Source: Halocafeteria seosinensis
Taxonomy: Eukaryota
NCBI GenBank assembly: GCA_001687465.1
Contig: LVLI01000305.1
Coordinates: 124,001-188,000 of the forward strand
DNA: 64,000 nucleotides
Reading direction: 5' to 3'
Shown here: in pieces, positions 24,240 to 36,992 of the stretch
Layout: the number at the start of each line of letters is the position of its first letter
How positions within the stretch are numbered: the first letter of the stretch is position 1
Program-made: the position numbers and the translations under genes
Notes under the pieces: model-generated
The model's database searches: none
Told to the model about the DNA's origin: nothing
What the model saw: only the letters and a program-made list of their open reading frames with translations

Positions 24240-27200
24240 CTACTTCTTGGTAAAATGTTGTTGCTCCACGTAGTGCATCATCCGAGCAAGGCTTCTCGCT
24301 GACGAGGAGTAAAAGAACATTTCTGGCTTGTCGACCCACTCTGCAGCATCGTAGCTCTCTTCGGGGCTGAAGGCCTTCGTACTACGGTATTCCTTGAAAT
24401 ACCGTATTGGACTGATTTCAGGGGAAGTGCGGACCCAGGTTAGCTTCTTTGTCTTGCTTTCCCCTGGAGATGATCCTTTGGAGCTGCGCCCACTACCGGG
24501 TCCCGATTCTGGAGAACGCTTTGCTCCTGAACCTTTTACTTGGTTAGGATTCGACAACGCATGCTGGGCTACTGGTGGGGAGGATCGCGAAACCGCCGGG
24601 GCACGCTTTTGCACCCCTCTGGAACGGTGACCTGCCTCTGAGTCAGTGGGTGACGCCACTGAACTGGTTTCTTTTGCATGGGTTGCCTTTCTACGAAGAG
24701 CAGGTGAAGCCTTGAACGTCGAAAACCTGCTCGGCACACTACTTAGCGATATGTCTTTAGCACGTTGCTGGCCATCAACTTCAGGAGCTTTGCTATTGCG
24801 GGCATTAAGAGAAGGAGATGGCTTGAATGTCGAAAATCTGCTGGGAACGGCCATTTTTGCAGGAGGGGGCGCGTCTTCCGTATGGTGCTGCCTATCATTC
24901 GGAGATTTTTTGGGGGATTTGCGGGGACCTGTGCGTTTTGGAGTGGATGGTTTTCTCTTCTCGACTTTTGCGTGCTCTTCTGTCCGACGATTTTTTTCGT
25001 CTTCCATTCCTCCAAGGGCGTCAAGGAACTTTGCGCTCATTCCGTGTCTAACATTCTTACTCACTAGCCCTCTCTTTGAGTTTTTCCGCGACACTTTTCC
25101 TTGTTTTGGATTGGCAACTCGAGATGAACTCTGGGTATTCACTGATACTCTTCCACGTGATCCTTCATGAGTTAAAGAACGAAGGTACGCGTCACTCATT
25201 TCCCGGTTCACGATTTCACTGACTACTGGTTCCATGGACACTTCGTTGTCTTCTTCATTCGGCGACGGATGAAGAGCACCAGAGGTGTCGGTTGGTGCTG
25301 CATCATCAATGTTCAAGGAATCCGTAGTCGTGGTAACATGGACCGACTTCTCTTTCAACTGAGGTTGAATCAAAGTACCGCCGATAGTTTGCGAGGAAAG
25401 CAAAATCTGGGGAGAAGGGTAAGACAGATCTTGTGAAACAACCTCATGACTACTATCGGAGGTAGAGGTATGGTTCCCCTCCGACGCAGAAGCCAACACC
25501 TCCGCAGCTTCGGCAAATTCGTGATGGCTGCTAATGGAAGATCGCTGTTGTGTTGTGGAGTCCCGAGAAACAACAGTTGTGGTCTCAGTCATCTGCGTCA
25601 CGGAGTTTGGACTGCTGCTAGCTACTGTCTGATGAGCTTCACTTTTTGTGTTGCCCTTGTTTACCAAATCTTCGGCTCTGTGCTCGATTGCTTTTGGTTC
25701 AGAGTTCAGGGCAGTGGTCGTCTGAAGATACTCTTTGGCGACTTCTTCAAGCTCTCTGCCCCTCTTTGAATTCTCTGGGAAGGGGGCAGTATTGCTCTCC
25801 AAATCTGAGTTGCCGACAGTGTCATTTGGGAGGCTGGAAGATTTGCTCGGGATATCCCGGTGAGACGAAGTGGGCGCATTTTCCCTATCCTCGGAATCAG
25901 GGAACGAGACGTATACCTCATCGCCTGGTTCCTCACTACCGACTGAAGAGCTTCCATCGCTTGAGTAACTCTCCTCGGAGTTGTAACCTTCGGGGTACTC
26001 TGTATCTACTTGCACGCTAACAACACCCTTCGAGATAGACAGTGCTGTCTCAGCTGTGTGATAGGACGCACCGCCCCGCATGGAAGTCGATGCTCTAGGT
26101 GCTGCTGCATCTGCTGTAATGACCCTACTATCACTCATAGTGGGCTTAGTGTCTTGAATTTTAGACGCCTTGTCGGAGCTGGCTTTGGTTTTATCCACTT
26201 TTGAGGAGGACTGTTCCAAACTTGGTCCATTATCCTCACTATAGCCTTCCAACGGAGGATGCCCGGGCTTACGCCCAAGATGTGCTTCCTTCATCTCATC
26301 CCCACCTTCAGTCACAGTTGTAGCACGTACTGAGTAGAGAACTCGGTTAGACTCGCTACCCTCATTTGCAGCATCCCCGTTTAGGATGGGCTCATTTAAA
26401 CTTGATTTTGTATTGTCAGGGGCACCAAGTTTCTGCTTCCTCATATCGTCTAAGACACCACCTTGATCATTGGCGCTTACAGAGTCATTGTCTGGGTGAA
26501 CAGATGAAGAAGCAGCACTTGAATTAAATGTAGCAACACTTTCGACGCTGTTAGAGGGTTCACCACTTCCAGAATGACTCATGACAGAGGAGAATTTGGA
26601 GCCGGAAACTACAACGCGTGTAGTCGAACTGTAGTTGATTCGTTGCGACTCAGACGAGAAAGTACTAACCATGTAGGTGCTTTCTTCTTCGGTTTGGTTT
26701 TGATGAGAGTTTTCCTGTTGGGTGGTTACTTGTGCGGCCCTCGACTCGGTTTCCGCGAAATCACCGTCGGATTCTCCTTCGGAGGAGGAAGCGTCTATAA
26801 ACTTTGTTTCGACAGTCACTGCACCCTCCTTACGAGGTACCTGAGTTTTCTTGTCCTCAGCTGAGGTTTGGGTAGTTTCCTCTTCTTCGTCCTCTGAAAC
26901 GTCGATGAAGGTTGGGCGGGACACTGCGTGCTGTACCGTAGGTTTCCCTACCGTATCGTTAGAGGACCTTTCTTGGAAACGAAGAGGATGGTTCTTGCCG
27001 ATGGTTACGATCGCATAAGAGCTTAGCTTCAGGTTTGGACGACTGTCAAGTGGCTGGTTAAAGTTTGGATCATCAAGGGCATGGGCAATCAAACCTAAGG
27101 TGTCAGTCTTAAGCTTGCTGTAGAACATAGAACTACGGTCCGCGTTTACAAGAGCAGGTATAAATTCTCCTTCTATTGTTTCGATAGTCTTCGCAGAAAG

Positions 27201-29200
27201 ATTCAACTTAAGCGCTTTAGCAAATACTTGCGCACCGTAACCGTCCATAAGGCACTTAGGTCCCTGACTGGCAATAACATTGCGAACTTCGTCAAATGAA
27301 TGACAACTTAGCAAATCATCCTTGCATGATTCCAGTAGCGAGAGTACAAGGGAGTACACTGCTTTCCACCCTTCCATTAGAAATATGTCCCATGCACGTG
27401 CCACAAACTCCCAATGAAATTGACCGCTGATAAAGAGTGTGGCCATCCACTCTCCTCCGTATACAACTGGGTCACTGCCGACTTTATCCAAGTGTGCTAC
27501 AATGTCAGGATCTGAGCGGCGCAAGAGCTCCCGGATGGTGTAGACTTTTGATTGCAAGTAAAACCCTTTGTCGTGATACAGAGTATCCAGCTTTGACGGA
27601 GGAGCTTGCATGATCGCATCCAGCATCCAAAAGGCCTGTCCTTCCGTCATGTAACATAGAAGGAAAGCAGCGTAAAGTGTAACGTAGGAATGATACTCTG
27701 ACTGCGGATTGTTCAGTAAGTATGCTTGAATTAATCGTATCAGGGCTTCTATGTAACCTGTCGTCGTGTTACTTGGAGGGATTGTGAACATCTCCTGATA
27801 CTTAAATACCACTCTGGCGTCCTTCCGGATGAGTTCCAATAGGTCTTGATCTATTGCAACCGTTTCCTGTTGCAAATTCCCGTAAAAGCCTGCATTGCTT
27901 GAAAATGTCAAGCTACTTGAATCTACATTCTGAGGGAACCGAACGTACGCAGATAGCTCTCATGGCGAACGAGCGGCTTCTTTGCGCCGGAATGTTTCAG
28001 TTCTTCTTCGACTTCGCGAGTAGTTCTTGAGGAAATGGGGTTGATGGCCGCCAATCTCGCCCAAGCCTGGGGACGCTGAATATCCGGAATTCCTAACCGA
28101 GCATACTTTCTAAGTTTGTTTTCTTTATGCACAGCATGCCTGTATTTACAGAAAGAAGTTGCTTTCAACAGCAGACACTCAAACCCACTTCTTGTACGAA
28201 CATACTTCGCCCAGCTTTCCAGAATTTCTTTCCACGGACGGAAGCGGTAGTCCACCTTGAAAGATTCAATGTCTGCATCCACGTTCGGATCTATTTCGGT
28301 GCCGATGAATTTGTCGACATCATGATCCAGCACGACTTGCACGATCTCTTCGTCCTCGTCTTCTTCGTCATCCAGAGGTGACTCACTCCTGTTTTCTTCC
28401 CTTTTCACGGGACCAAATCTATTGGTGGTATTCTTTCGCTCTTTAGAACCCGCGGTACGTGAATACTTTTTTGGCTTTGTGTGCACTTCCCATCCCTTTG
28501 GAACAACCGTTTCTTCGAATTCACTGCCTGACTCGGTCTCTTCTTCCTGATCAGTACTGTGCACTTGTGTTATAGGTGCGGATACTGTAGTAGTATCCTC
28601 GGTAAACGTAACACGTTCTTTGTTAGCTTGTTGTGGACGCTTTGCTTCATGATTCGGAACTACGCTTCGTTCGAAGCGCCCTGGCTTTTTCAACGGAACG
28701 TCTATCGTTGTTTCTGCTTCAATGGCTTCAATTTCAACTGGGACATTATCCAAAGGATCATCCGCGTGCTTTGACTCCTGATGAGGTGAGGGTTTATAGT
28801 TTTGAATAGCGCAATGGTGATGTTGGTATCCAAGAGCTCGAATACTTACCTCAACCGTGCCCATTTCCTCAAGGGTTGCATCCCTTGCTGCCTGCTTTTC
28901 CTGCTCCCCTTCTTCATCATTCTCTGGGGAATGCCTTTTCCTATGTTCCCTGGAGCGCTTGCTTTTTTTATGCGATTTGAGGCTCTTATGAGAGCCATGT
29001 CGTCTGTAGCGTCCTTCTTCTTCCTTCGTGCCTTTCGGCCGGTGGGAGGATCCTCCATGCTCTTTGGAGGACGATGAATGATGATGATGCTTATGCTTCC
29101 GACGACGACTCGAGCTGCTTCTGGAGTCGTCATCTCCTGGGCTCTCTGCTGCAACTGGGCTCTGGGGTCCTTGCGGATGGTTGGAAAGAGAAGCGCTCAT
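24240..29200 (-). CDS. Rab-GAP TBC-domain protein with long disordered flanks
   Basis: LRKYARLGIPDIQRPQAW, MTEGQAFWML, EWMATLF and ARAWDIFLMEGWKAVY. An intron near 27893-27948 joins the two ORFs. Confidence 0.82.
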
Positions 29201-30102
29201 TTTTTCGTTTCTCTCCCCTATCCTTCCTTCAAGTGCCTTTATTCACTCAACACGATGGCTAATACAGGATTTTTTGCCTTTGAATCGCTATGGGAAACGA
29301 GTCCCTTTAGCAACCGGACAAACTTGACAGCACAAAACTCACTTGAATATTGTCTACAGGGTCTAGATCCACTTCGGTTTCTCCCCCGGTTTGTGGTCCG
29401 TTGCCCGGCCACACCCGCATGCACTCTTTTTGTTCTATGAGTCACTAGGGGGCCCTAGTAGGGGAATGAGTTCAGCATAGATCGACGCTACAGGTGTAGC
29501 CCATAAAATGGATAGGATTTGATACAGCAGCGGAGTGGATCAGAACTGTGTCATTTTGGGTAATACTGTGGTTAATAGGCACCGCTGCGACGAATTCAAC
29601 TCGAAAACCGAATTGGAGCTGGATTTCGATTAGGCCTGTAGGTGTCTTCCTCAAGGTTCTGAAAAAGGCAGGAGCAGGGTCATAGTTGGTAACCACTACC
29701 AGCAGAGTATACCACCATATGTAGCCGTACAATACACATACATGTGATAGCCAGTTGTGTGGTAGATTCTTCTGATTGACATTCAGGACGTTTGCTGGCT
29801 CTCAAGTGCAAATAAATACAGGAGCTTCATCTCTTGTGCAGTGTCCATTGTTAGTTAAATCAGAATGGTGTATAGTGCCGCTTGATTACCAGGCACGTCC
29901 ATCACGCTCGATTGTAGCACGACGAGACTCTCGAGAGAGTTCAAGTTGAAGTTATCCAAATCGTCCTTTCACAGGTTTTTAGCTTAGTTGTGTGCATATA
30001 CTGTCTGTAGGCCAACTACAGTTGTTCTGGTACAGTTTGTAAAGAACCCTTTCGTCACTTACACTGTACACTCACTGAATTGGTATTGGGTGTCCCCTGG
30101 AA

Positions 30103-32075
30103 ATGGCGTCGCAAGATACCGAGAGCACCGACGATGGAGTGCCCACACGTCGTCAAAAGCGCCAAACGAGCGCTGTATACCTCCCTGCTGACAAGGAAAA
30201 GGACGGCTCCCTGCCTGGTGCTCAATCTAGTCAAGGGGATGGCGTTGGTGAAGGTGGGACCGCCGCACTAGCGCAGCAAAGTTCAGAGGAGGATAGCGAA
30301 TTCGGTGGACAATCTTCAACCAGGAAGCTACGCCCAGAAGAAGAATATGAAGGGATCCCTATGTCGGCCGTACGCGGTGCCCCAGAAGTAGGGAAACGGT
30401 GTACTTTGCGAGGTTGGTTGTGGAAGCGTGGAGAGCAGTCCGCCTTCAAAAAATGGAAACGACGATGGGTTGTCCTGAGAGGTGAGGTTCTTTCTCTGAG
30501 AGTGGGTCTCGTGACAGCTGTTTCTCGACATACTTCCCGTTGCTCCTGCAGAATCCTTAATGTACTATTACGCGAGTATGGACGCACAGAAACCGAAAGG
30601 AATTATTGCTCTGGACGGCGCCGGTCTGCAGGTAAGATATACGCGAAGCTTGCATCACTTATCACCCTTCAACCACGGCAGTTTGTTTCACCGTTCATGC
30701 CAGATAGAAGACAAAAAGTTTCTGAAACGTCCTGCGTGCTTTGTAATAACCACCAAAACTCTTCGGTAAGTAGCAATGATTGATTGGCTAGAATCTTCGC
30801 TATGTGGGTACCATGCGAAGACTTCGGTAGTGCAGCAAATTCTATTTCCACGGGGAGGATGCAGCCGACACATCTACTTGGACTCAGACGCTCCGCAGTA
30901 ATGCCCCGATTATCATGGGTGAACCCCTTGTGTATGATGAGTTCCAAGATGACGATATACTGGATGCCGTGTATAGCCACTTCCATGGGCAGCGAGAGGA
31001 AGATATTCCCCGTCCGGAAGATATGTCTGAGGAAGACTACAATGCTGTTATGAAGGCATTGCATGACCAAGAACACAGTAACCAATCCAACGACAAGAGT
31101 GCACCCGCAGAAAATAACGACAACCACGAAGACCATGATGAAAGAGACAGCATCGAAGTACAGGACGCGGATCCATCTGAAGTTGATGTGTCTTCTCTTC
31201 TTACTGACCCTGGCATTGCTAGTGAGATTGCTTCTACGGGTTACAATACACAAATGGCTTGGATGCTTCTCGGCGATGTCGCCAAACAGTCTGGGAGTTT
31301 GCAAGAGAGAGTGAATTTGCTTGAAAAACAGTTGGAGCATCTCGCTTCCGAAACTAACATCGATAGCTCATCTAGCGCCCTGGAAGCGGAATTGCTGGTG
31401 CTGAGGAAACGGCACAAGGAAATGCAAGACCGCGTCACTAGTGCCGAATCAGAGTCGCTTGAGTCGAGTATGGCGGCTTCTAGGGCTACAGCAGAGCTGC
31501 GCACTCTAAGAGATGCGTACACTGCTTTACAGCAAAAGGAGAAAAGCGCTGAAGAGAGGATTGACGAACTGGAACAGCGGCTTGAGCAGTTGCGTTCTAC
31601 ATCTCTACCGTTGGAGTCCTCTACCGATATTGACACCAATCAGTTAAACACTGGAGAAGAACCTACCGCGGAATCTACCAATGGAACTAGGAACGCTCAA
31701 AGTCACCTAGTCGCTCGAGACGCAGCAGCGGCGGAGATGGAAGGCTCACAAGTCGAGTCAAAAAGTGGAGATGGAAAACAGGAAGAGAATCAGGCCGCAT
31801 CGCAAAAGGAGGAGAACGATACTGGACAATCGGCTATGGCTACGGATCAATTCCAAGACGCCAACACGAATTCGGCAGCTCAACAATTGGCAGCTTATAA
31901 AAAGCTAGTCACTGAACTGCGCAGTGGTCTGGCCAAAAAGGGACTGGAAGTGCAGAGTTTGACCCGAGACCTGAACAATGCGAGGCAAGAAGCCAATTCT
32001 CTACGCAAGGAATTACTGCGCTTATATGCCCGATCGAAGGCGTCCTCATACGGAACGGGGGAATCGCAAGCATGA
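30103..32075 (+). CDS. PH-domain and coiled-coil protein
   Basis: LRGWLWKRGEQSAFKKWKRRWVVLR | ESLMYYYAS...KPKGIIAL | CFVITTKTLR | KFYFHGEDAADTSTWTQTL across three GT-AG introns, followed by heptad-rich C-terminal half. Confidence 0.85.
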
Positions 32076-32093
32076 CCCTCTGTAGCTGATCAC

Positions 32094-33170
32094 CTATCTG
32101 GTCGTTGTTGTAGAGTCTTCTGCTTCCTCCTTTAGTTTTTGAAGTTCCACATCTTCTCCCTCATACGCTGTTAGAACCTCTGCTCCGTGATTTGTTACTA
32201 ATACTGTATGCTCGTATTGGGCGGATCTTAAGTCGTCCCTAGTCGCAATTGTCCATCCATCACTCCAACAGTAGCAGCTGCCGCTACCTTCAGTGATCAT
32301 TGGCTCGATGGTGAACGTCATTCCTTCTTCAAGAACAAATTTATCGCTGTTCCTAAAGTGTTTTACTAGTGGCTTCGTGTGCATGCTCGTTCCAATTCCA
32401 TGACCCTGGTACTCCCGAACAATTCCGTAGCCGTAGTGCGAAACAACTTCATCGATGGTGGTTCCAATAACTCCCAGTTCCACTCCAGGACCTACTTTCT
32501 CGATGCTATCTACTAAGGACTTCTTCGTTGCATACATTAACTGTTTTGATTCTGCATCCGTATCCGAAGCAATGAATGTCCTGCAGTTGTCTCCAAAGTA
32601 GCCATTGACGTAGCATGTAACGTCGATCGCTACGATGTCTCCTAATTGTACTTCAACGCTGCGCATGCATTGGCAAAATATGATAGGCCTTGGATATCCG
32701 ACACTACTCCCAAAGAATCAACATACTCATCTGGAATCCCATGGCAGATTACATTGTTCACGGATATGCAGACGCTCTTTGGGAATCCCATGTAGGTCAG
32801 AGGGGCCGGATACACGTTCTGCTCAATGAACTTGTTATGGACTTTCTCGTCTATTTCGTCCGTACTTCTCCCGGGCTGCACAAATTCGCCGGCAAATGCG
32901 AGTACATCTCTGGCAACTTTGGCAGCATCCCTCATCCCTTGAATAGTGTCCTGGGAGGTATGGACAGCCGACGGAGGCATTCCAATGGGGTTGGCACCAT
33001 CTCTTCGCGCATACGGCGGTCTCGGGATCCCTTGCGGTACTGTCCGCGGTGGGCTCAGGTTTCCTTTAAACCTGCAAGAAACAGCACTTCAAGGTCATTT
33101 TGGCATGTGCACACATGTATGGAAACACTGCTTCCTACCTGGGAACCCGCGGAAGGCGTGGCAGCGTCAT
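32094..33170 (-). CDS. Methionine aminopeptidase type I (MAP1D-like, probably organellar)
   Basis: SPPRTVPQGIPRPPYA, FPKSVCISVNNVICHGIPD, GDIVAIDVT, GYFGD, GHGIG, FTIEPMI and SAQYEHTVLVT. Two introns; the start at 33170 is inferred. Confidence 0.92.
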
Positions 33171-34457
33171 GGAGACGAACACAAACACAGACCACCCAAA
33201 ACCTAGAGGGCAGCGAGCTAGTACCCGATAATAGTGAATGGAGGGGGTGGTGTGACAATGACCTCAATATGTATTTGATTGAATGGACGGGACGAACATG
33301 ACATCCGAGCTTCACAAAGTCAGTCCAGTGTCTCCACTGGACTCTCCAGTTTAATTTCACTGAAGCAGTCTGTTTGACATTTCTCTAAAGATGATAACAT
33401 TGAAAGCAAAGTATATACTCTGCGCATGCATGCACGCTTTGGATTGCTTTCGCACTCCCTCAACACGTTGGTGAGCCACCTACCCGCTTTGTGCTGGGGG
33501 TTCAGTGACCCTCTCGCAAGAAGCCGCCTCCACTCACGGAGAGTCAGAACACGCTACAGCAAATGACCGGACTCCCGGATGCGAACTACGAAGATTACTG
33601 GGAGCAAACCGAAGCTACAGAAACACCTGGGCAAGAGAGTAGCTACCACGTCAGGTGGCGGCACCACATATGTGTGCGTTTGGCTCAGCTGCCACCAGTC
33701 GGATCGTGTTTGACGCGTCGATCGCCCCGGCATTATGCGACGCTTCTGCCGCGGGGTCTGGGATGACTATCCCCAGTTCGTGGACTGCTTGGCTTGTGCA
33801 CGCTGTGTGCGGGGACCACGTCGTGCCACTTCCGCGGTGTGCCTGGTACAATGTTGGGCATATCCTGGTTGAACTCTTTCAGCGGCCATTTGTTAATCTC
33901 CGGGTTCAGGGTGCGAACTTCGCACAAGCCAGTAGTTGGGTTGTTTTGAGATTGAGTTGGTCAATAGTCTCATCGTGGCCTGGTAGTCTGCTCGGGCGTT
34001 ACGGAATCCGGACCTCATGCGCTAGCCTCGTAACACATCTAACACAGACGCCAAAAACATGGTCAGACCCAGCGCCCATTTTGACGCCCCGCGGTAGAAC
34101 CTGATCAGCGTTTACCGAGCACTTCTGGCATAATCTGGGATCTTCCTTTTCAGCATTCTCATCAGATTCTCGGTGTGTATTCGTTTTGCTCCTACCGGAA
34201 GACGTGTGGTCTACAGGGTACGCTAGGCCATGCAAGGAGTTAACCCCCGCTCCTACCAGATTACGCTAGACCGTGTAAAGGATAAACGGTTTCATAAACC
34301 CTACCGGGAACCTCTCTAGCATCTTCACGTTGTGGCGCATCAACGTGACTGACAGTTTGGCCGTAATCAGCTTGCCGCATCTCCTCTTTCCCCAGCGGGA
34401 GCCTGGTCCTTTCCTGGCAATTCTTTTGATAAACTTGATCGCGTCTTCCCCGCGGGT

Positions 34458-35387
34458 TCACGTTCGCAGCACGCGTATGTCGCTTGCTGAGGCGGCATCC
34501 CTACAGATAGGGCAGGAGCATCCATAAGTGGTTAACCATTCTTCGATACAAACTTTGTGAAAACGATGTCCACACCCTAAATAAGCAGGGCAACCTTCAT
34601 TGCGACATAAGCAAATCGAGCAGTCGAACTGAGTATTGCAGTCTGCTCCTGCCCTTCGGTGCCCTCCTACATATCTTGACTGTTCCACAGTATTATGTCT
34701 TCGCTCTCCAACAGATCGCGTGTTCGCACCACGTTCGATACAGGGGGCCTGCACAAAAAGGAGGGTCTTGTTACAGTGCTGAAATGGGGAACAAGTCAAC
34801 ACAACACCCACTTCAGATTGCAGGGTAGAAAATAGTACCCCTTTCCGCATTTTCAGATCAAAGTTTAAGAAGCGGTGATAAGACGTTGCTATGAGCCACA
34901 GTATGATGGCAGAGGACATCAACCCAACTGTCCCTACTTTTCCTGGGTGCATGACGAATACCCAACAGTGCAAGGCCAGGAATCCCTCTGACCATCGTGG
35001 TGCTGGAAGATCTCGAGGGAAATCCCACATATAAAATATTAAGGGTGAGAGGATATAAGAAAGAAGGGCTGCCAAGGCCACGAAGAAAGCGATAGCCCCC
35101 GCCAGCTGCAGCGTAGGTATGGCAGCTGATTGCAAGCAACCCCAGGCTGCGAGGCACAGCAAGTCGCACAGATATTGGACTCCAATTTTCATTTGGTTCG
35201 CAATGGCAACTGCTAGTTTACGAAATATCAGCATACACATAACAGCAGCTTGGACGCAGACCGAAGCCACGAAGCACAACCAATCACACAGCCATCGGAC
35301 TCCAAATTTCGCTTGCGTGACAATACCAACAGCTTGTTCACAAAATATTCCCGTCAAACACCCACTTATCCTTGATATACCTTCCAT
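34458..35387 (-). CDS. Transmembrane RING-H2 E3 ligase-like protein
   Basis: C-terminal CSIC...CGHRFHKVCIEEWL...CPICR. Hydrophobic N-terminal half contains an internal ~40-aa repeat. Confidence 0.7.
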   Translation of the reverse strand: MEGISRISGCLTGIFCEQAVGIVTQAKFGVRWLCDWLCFVASVCVQAAVMCMLIFRKLAVAIANQMKIGVQYLCDLLCLAAWGCLQSAAIPTLQLAGAIAFFVALAALLSYILSPLIFYMWDFPRDLPAPRWSEGFLALHCWVFVMHPGKVGTVGLMSSAIILWLIATSYHRFLNFDLKMRKGVLFSTLQSEVGVVLTCSPFQHCNKTLLFVQAPCIERGANTRSVGERRHNTVEQSRYVGGHRRAGADCNTQFDCSICLCRNEGCPAYLGCGHRFHKVCIEEWLTTYGCSCPICRDAASASDIRVLRT

Positions 35388-36155
35388 TGTGACATGAAAA
35401 AGTGGAATTCAGGCTCTGTATTGGCGAACGCTGAACACTGCTCTACAATTTCGCGAGGTACGCTAGGTTGCTAAATACTTCTCAGGCGTTCGAGAATTAG
35501 CGAACTGTTGAAGCTACTGTTCTTTTCTTGCTACTTACAAGACTACAACAATTGCTTAATGGGGCAAGGCATCATGAGACATCGTCGGGCTTCAACAAGA
35601 ATTTTCTGAGATCAAGTTCACATCAAGCTTCACAAGCCAGCAGGTGTCGGACGATAAGCGACGCCTTCGGGAGACTCTCGGAAGTAAGGGGTTGATAGCA
35701 GCTTTTCCATGTATGATCACTAGTCACCGACATGGTGTAATACGTACTTAGTTCTAGTCGATGGATCATCTACAGACTGCATTTGGATCGTGCAGTACAA
35801 TACTTACCACGTTAGAAGAGGGTAGTACGTACATGTGTACACCGTACTCAGAATACTGGTACCCTCAAGGAGCAGAATCATCTTCAGTGGAAATTAGGAT
35901 GGGAATTTCCATTGTACCCTCTACTGGAGCAAACTAACGTGGTAGTACCTTCACAGGATGGAGTCTCCATCTCCGCAGCTCAGCTCCGGCTTCATAATAC
36001 GCATGTTTCTTCCGTCCATCCTACCTTGATTTAGGTCGTTAAAATATACATGGCGAGGAAAGTTTTGTCAGGTGGAGTATAGTGGTAGGATACGCTTCAA
36101 TCGAACGCAGACTAGCTGTGTGCACAGATATAGACATTTGGAATTGAGAGGAATA

Positions 36156-36992
36156 ATGCCATCATTGTCTGAGTCCCAGAAGGATGAACTCTACCACGCC
36201 TGTGTGAGAGGCGACGAGAACACTGTGAGAGCCATCTTCGATGACAACATCGAAGTAGACCCTGCAGATGTGCACTATCATGGCTGGGTGAGTTCCTCAA
36301 ACATGTTCACAGCTTATGTATCGCGGTGCAAACCAAACTTACGGCCACTCCTTCGCTCTCTGTTGGCAGCGGAGCGAGGTTACACCTGTTCATTACGCAG
36401 CCATGTTTGGACATGATAACATTGTCTCCTTACTAATGGAGAAGTATCACCGTGGCCCCACGAGTGATCTCAAGGATGTGGTAAGCCCTTCGCCAGCATG
36501 TATTGAGCGACTGTACGAAACGAATTTCGTACTGCTGGTTTTGGTCAGTATGGGGGAACCCCTTTGCATGATGCGGCTTACGATGGCCACGACAGTACAG
36601 TGTCTTTGCTTGTTGAGAAGTACAAGGCCGACGTGAATGCTCCAAAGGCGGTAAGTGGCAAACCCAGGTCGAAACTGCTACAATATTCCCCGATTAATAC
36701 TTCCCTGTTCTGGTCGTATCTCGCTCAACAGTCTGGGTCGTTCAAAGGGTTCACTGCTCTTCATTCGGCTGCACATGGTGGACATCAAAGTACAGTCAAG
36801 CTACTTGTAGAGAAGTTTGCCGCCAACCTCCATGCAACAGACTCAGTACGTCCGTATCAACATTGGCGGGGAAGCTTATCTACTAGTATACCGTAAATGC
36901 AGGCGGGGAAAACACCTCTAGATGTTGCTAAGGAACTCAAGGACGAAACAAGGAGATCAGAAGTTGTCAACTACCTGGAACAGCACCAGTAA
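36156..36992 (+). CDS. Small ankyrin-repeat protein (5 exons)
   Basis: TPVHYAAMFGH, TPLHDAAYDGH, TALHSAAHGGH and GKTPLDVA. Phase-0 introns at 36288-36369, 36481-36548, 36651-36731 and 36846-36902. Confidence 0.9.
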
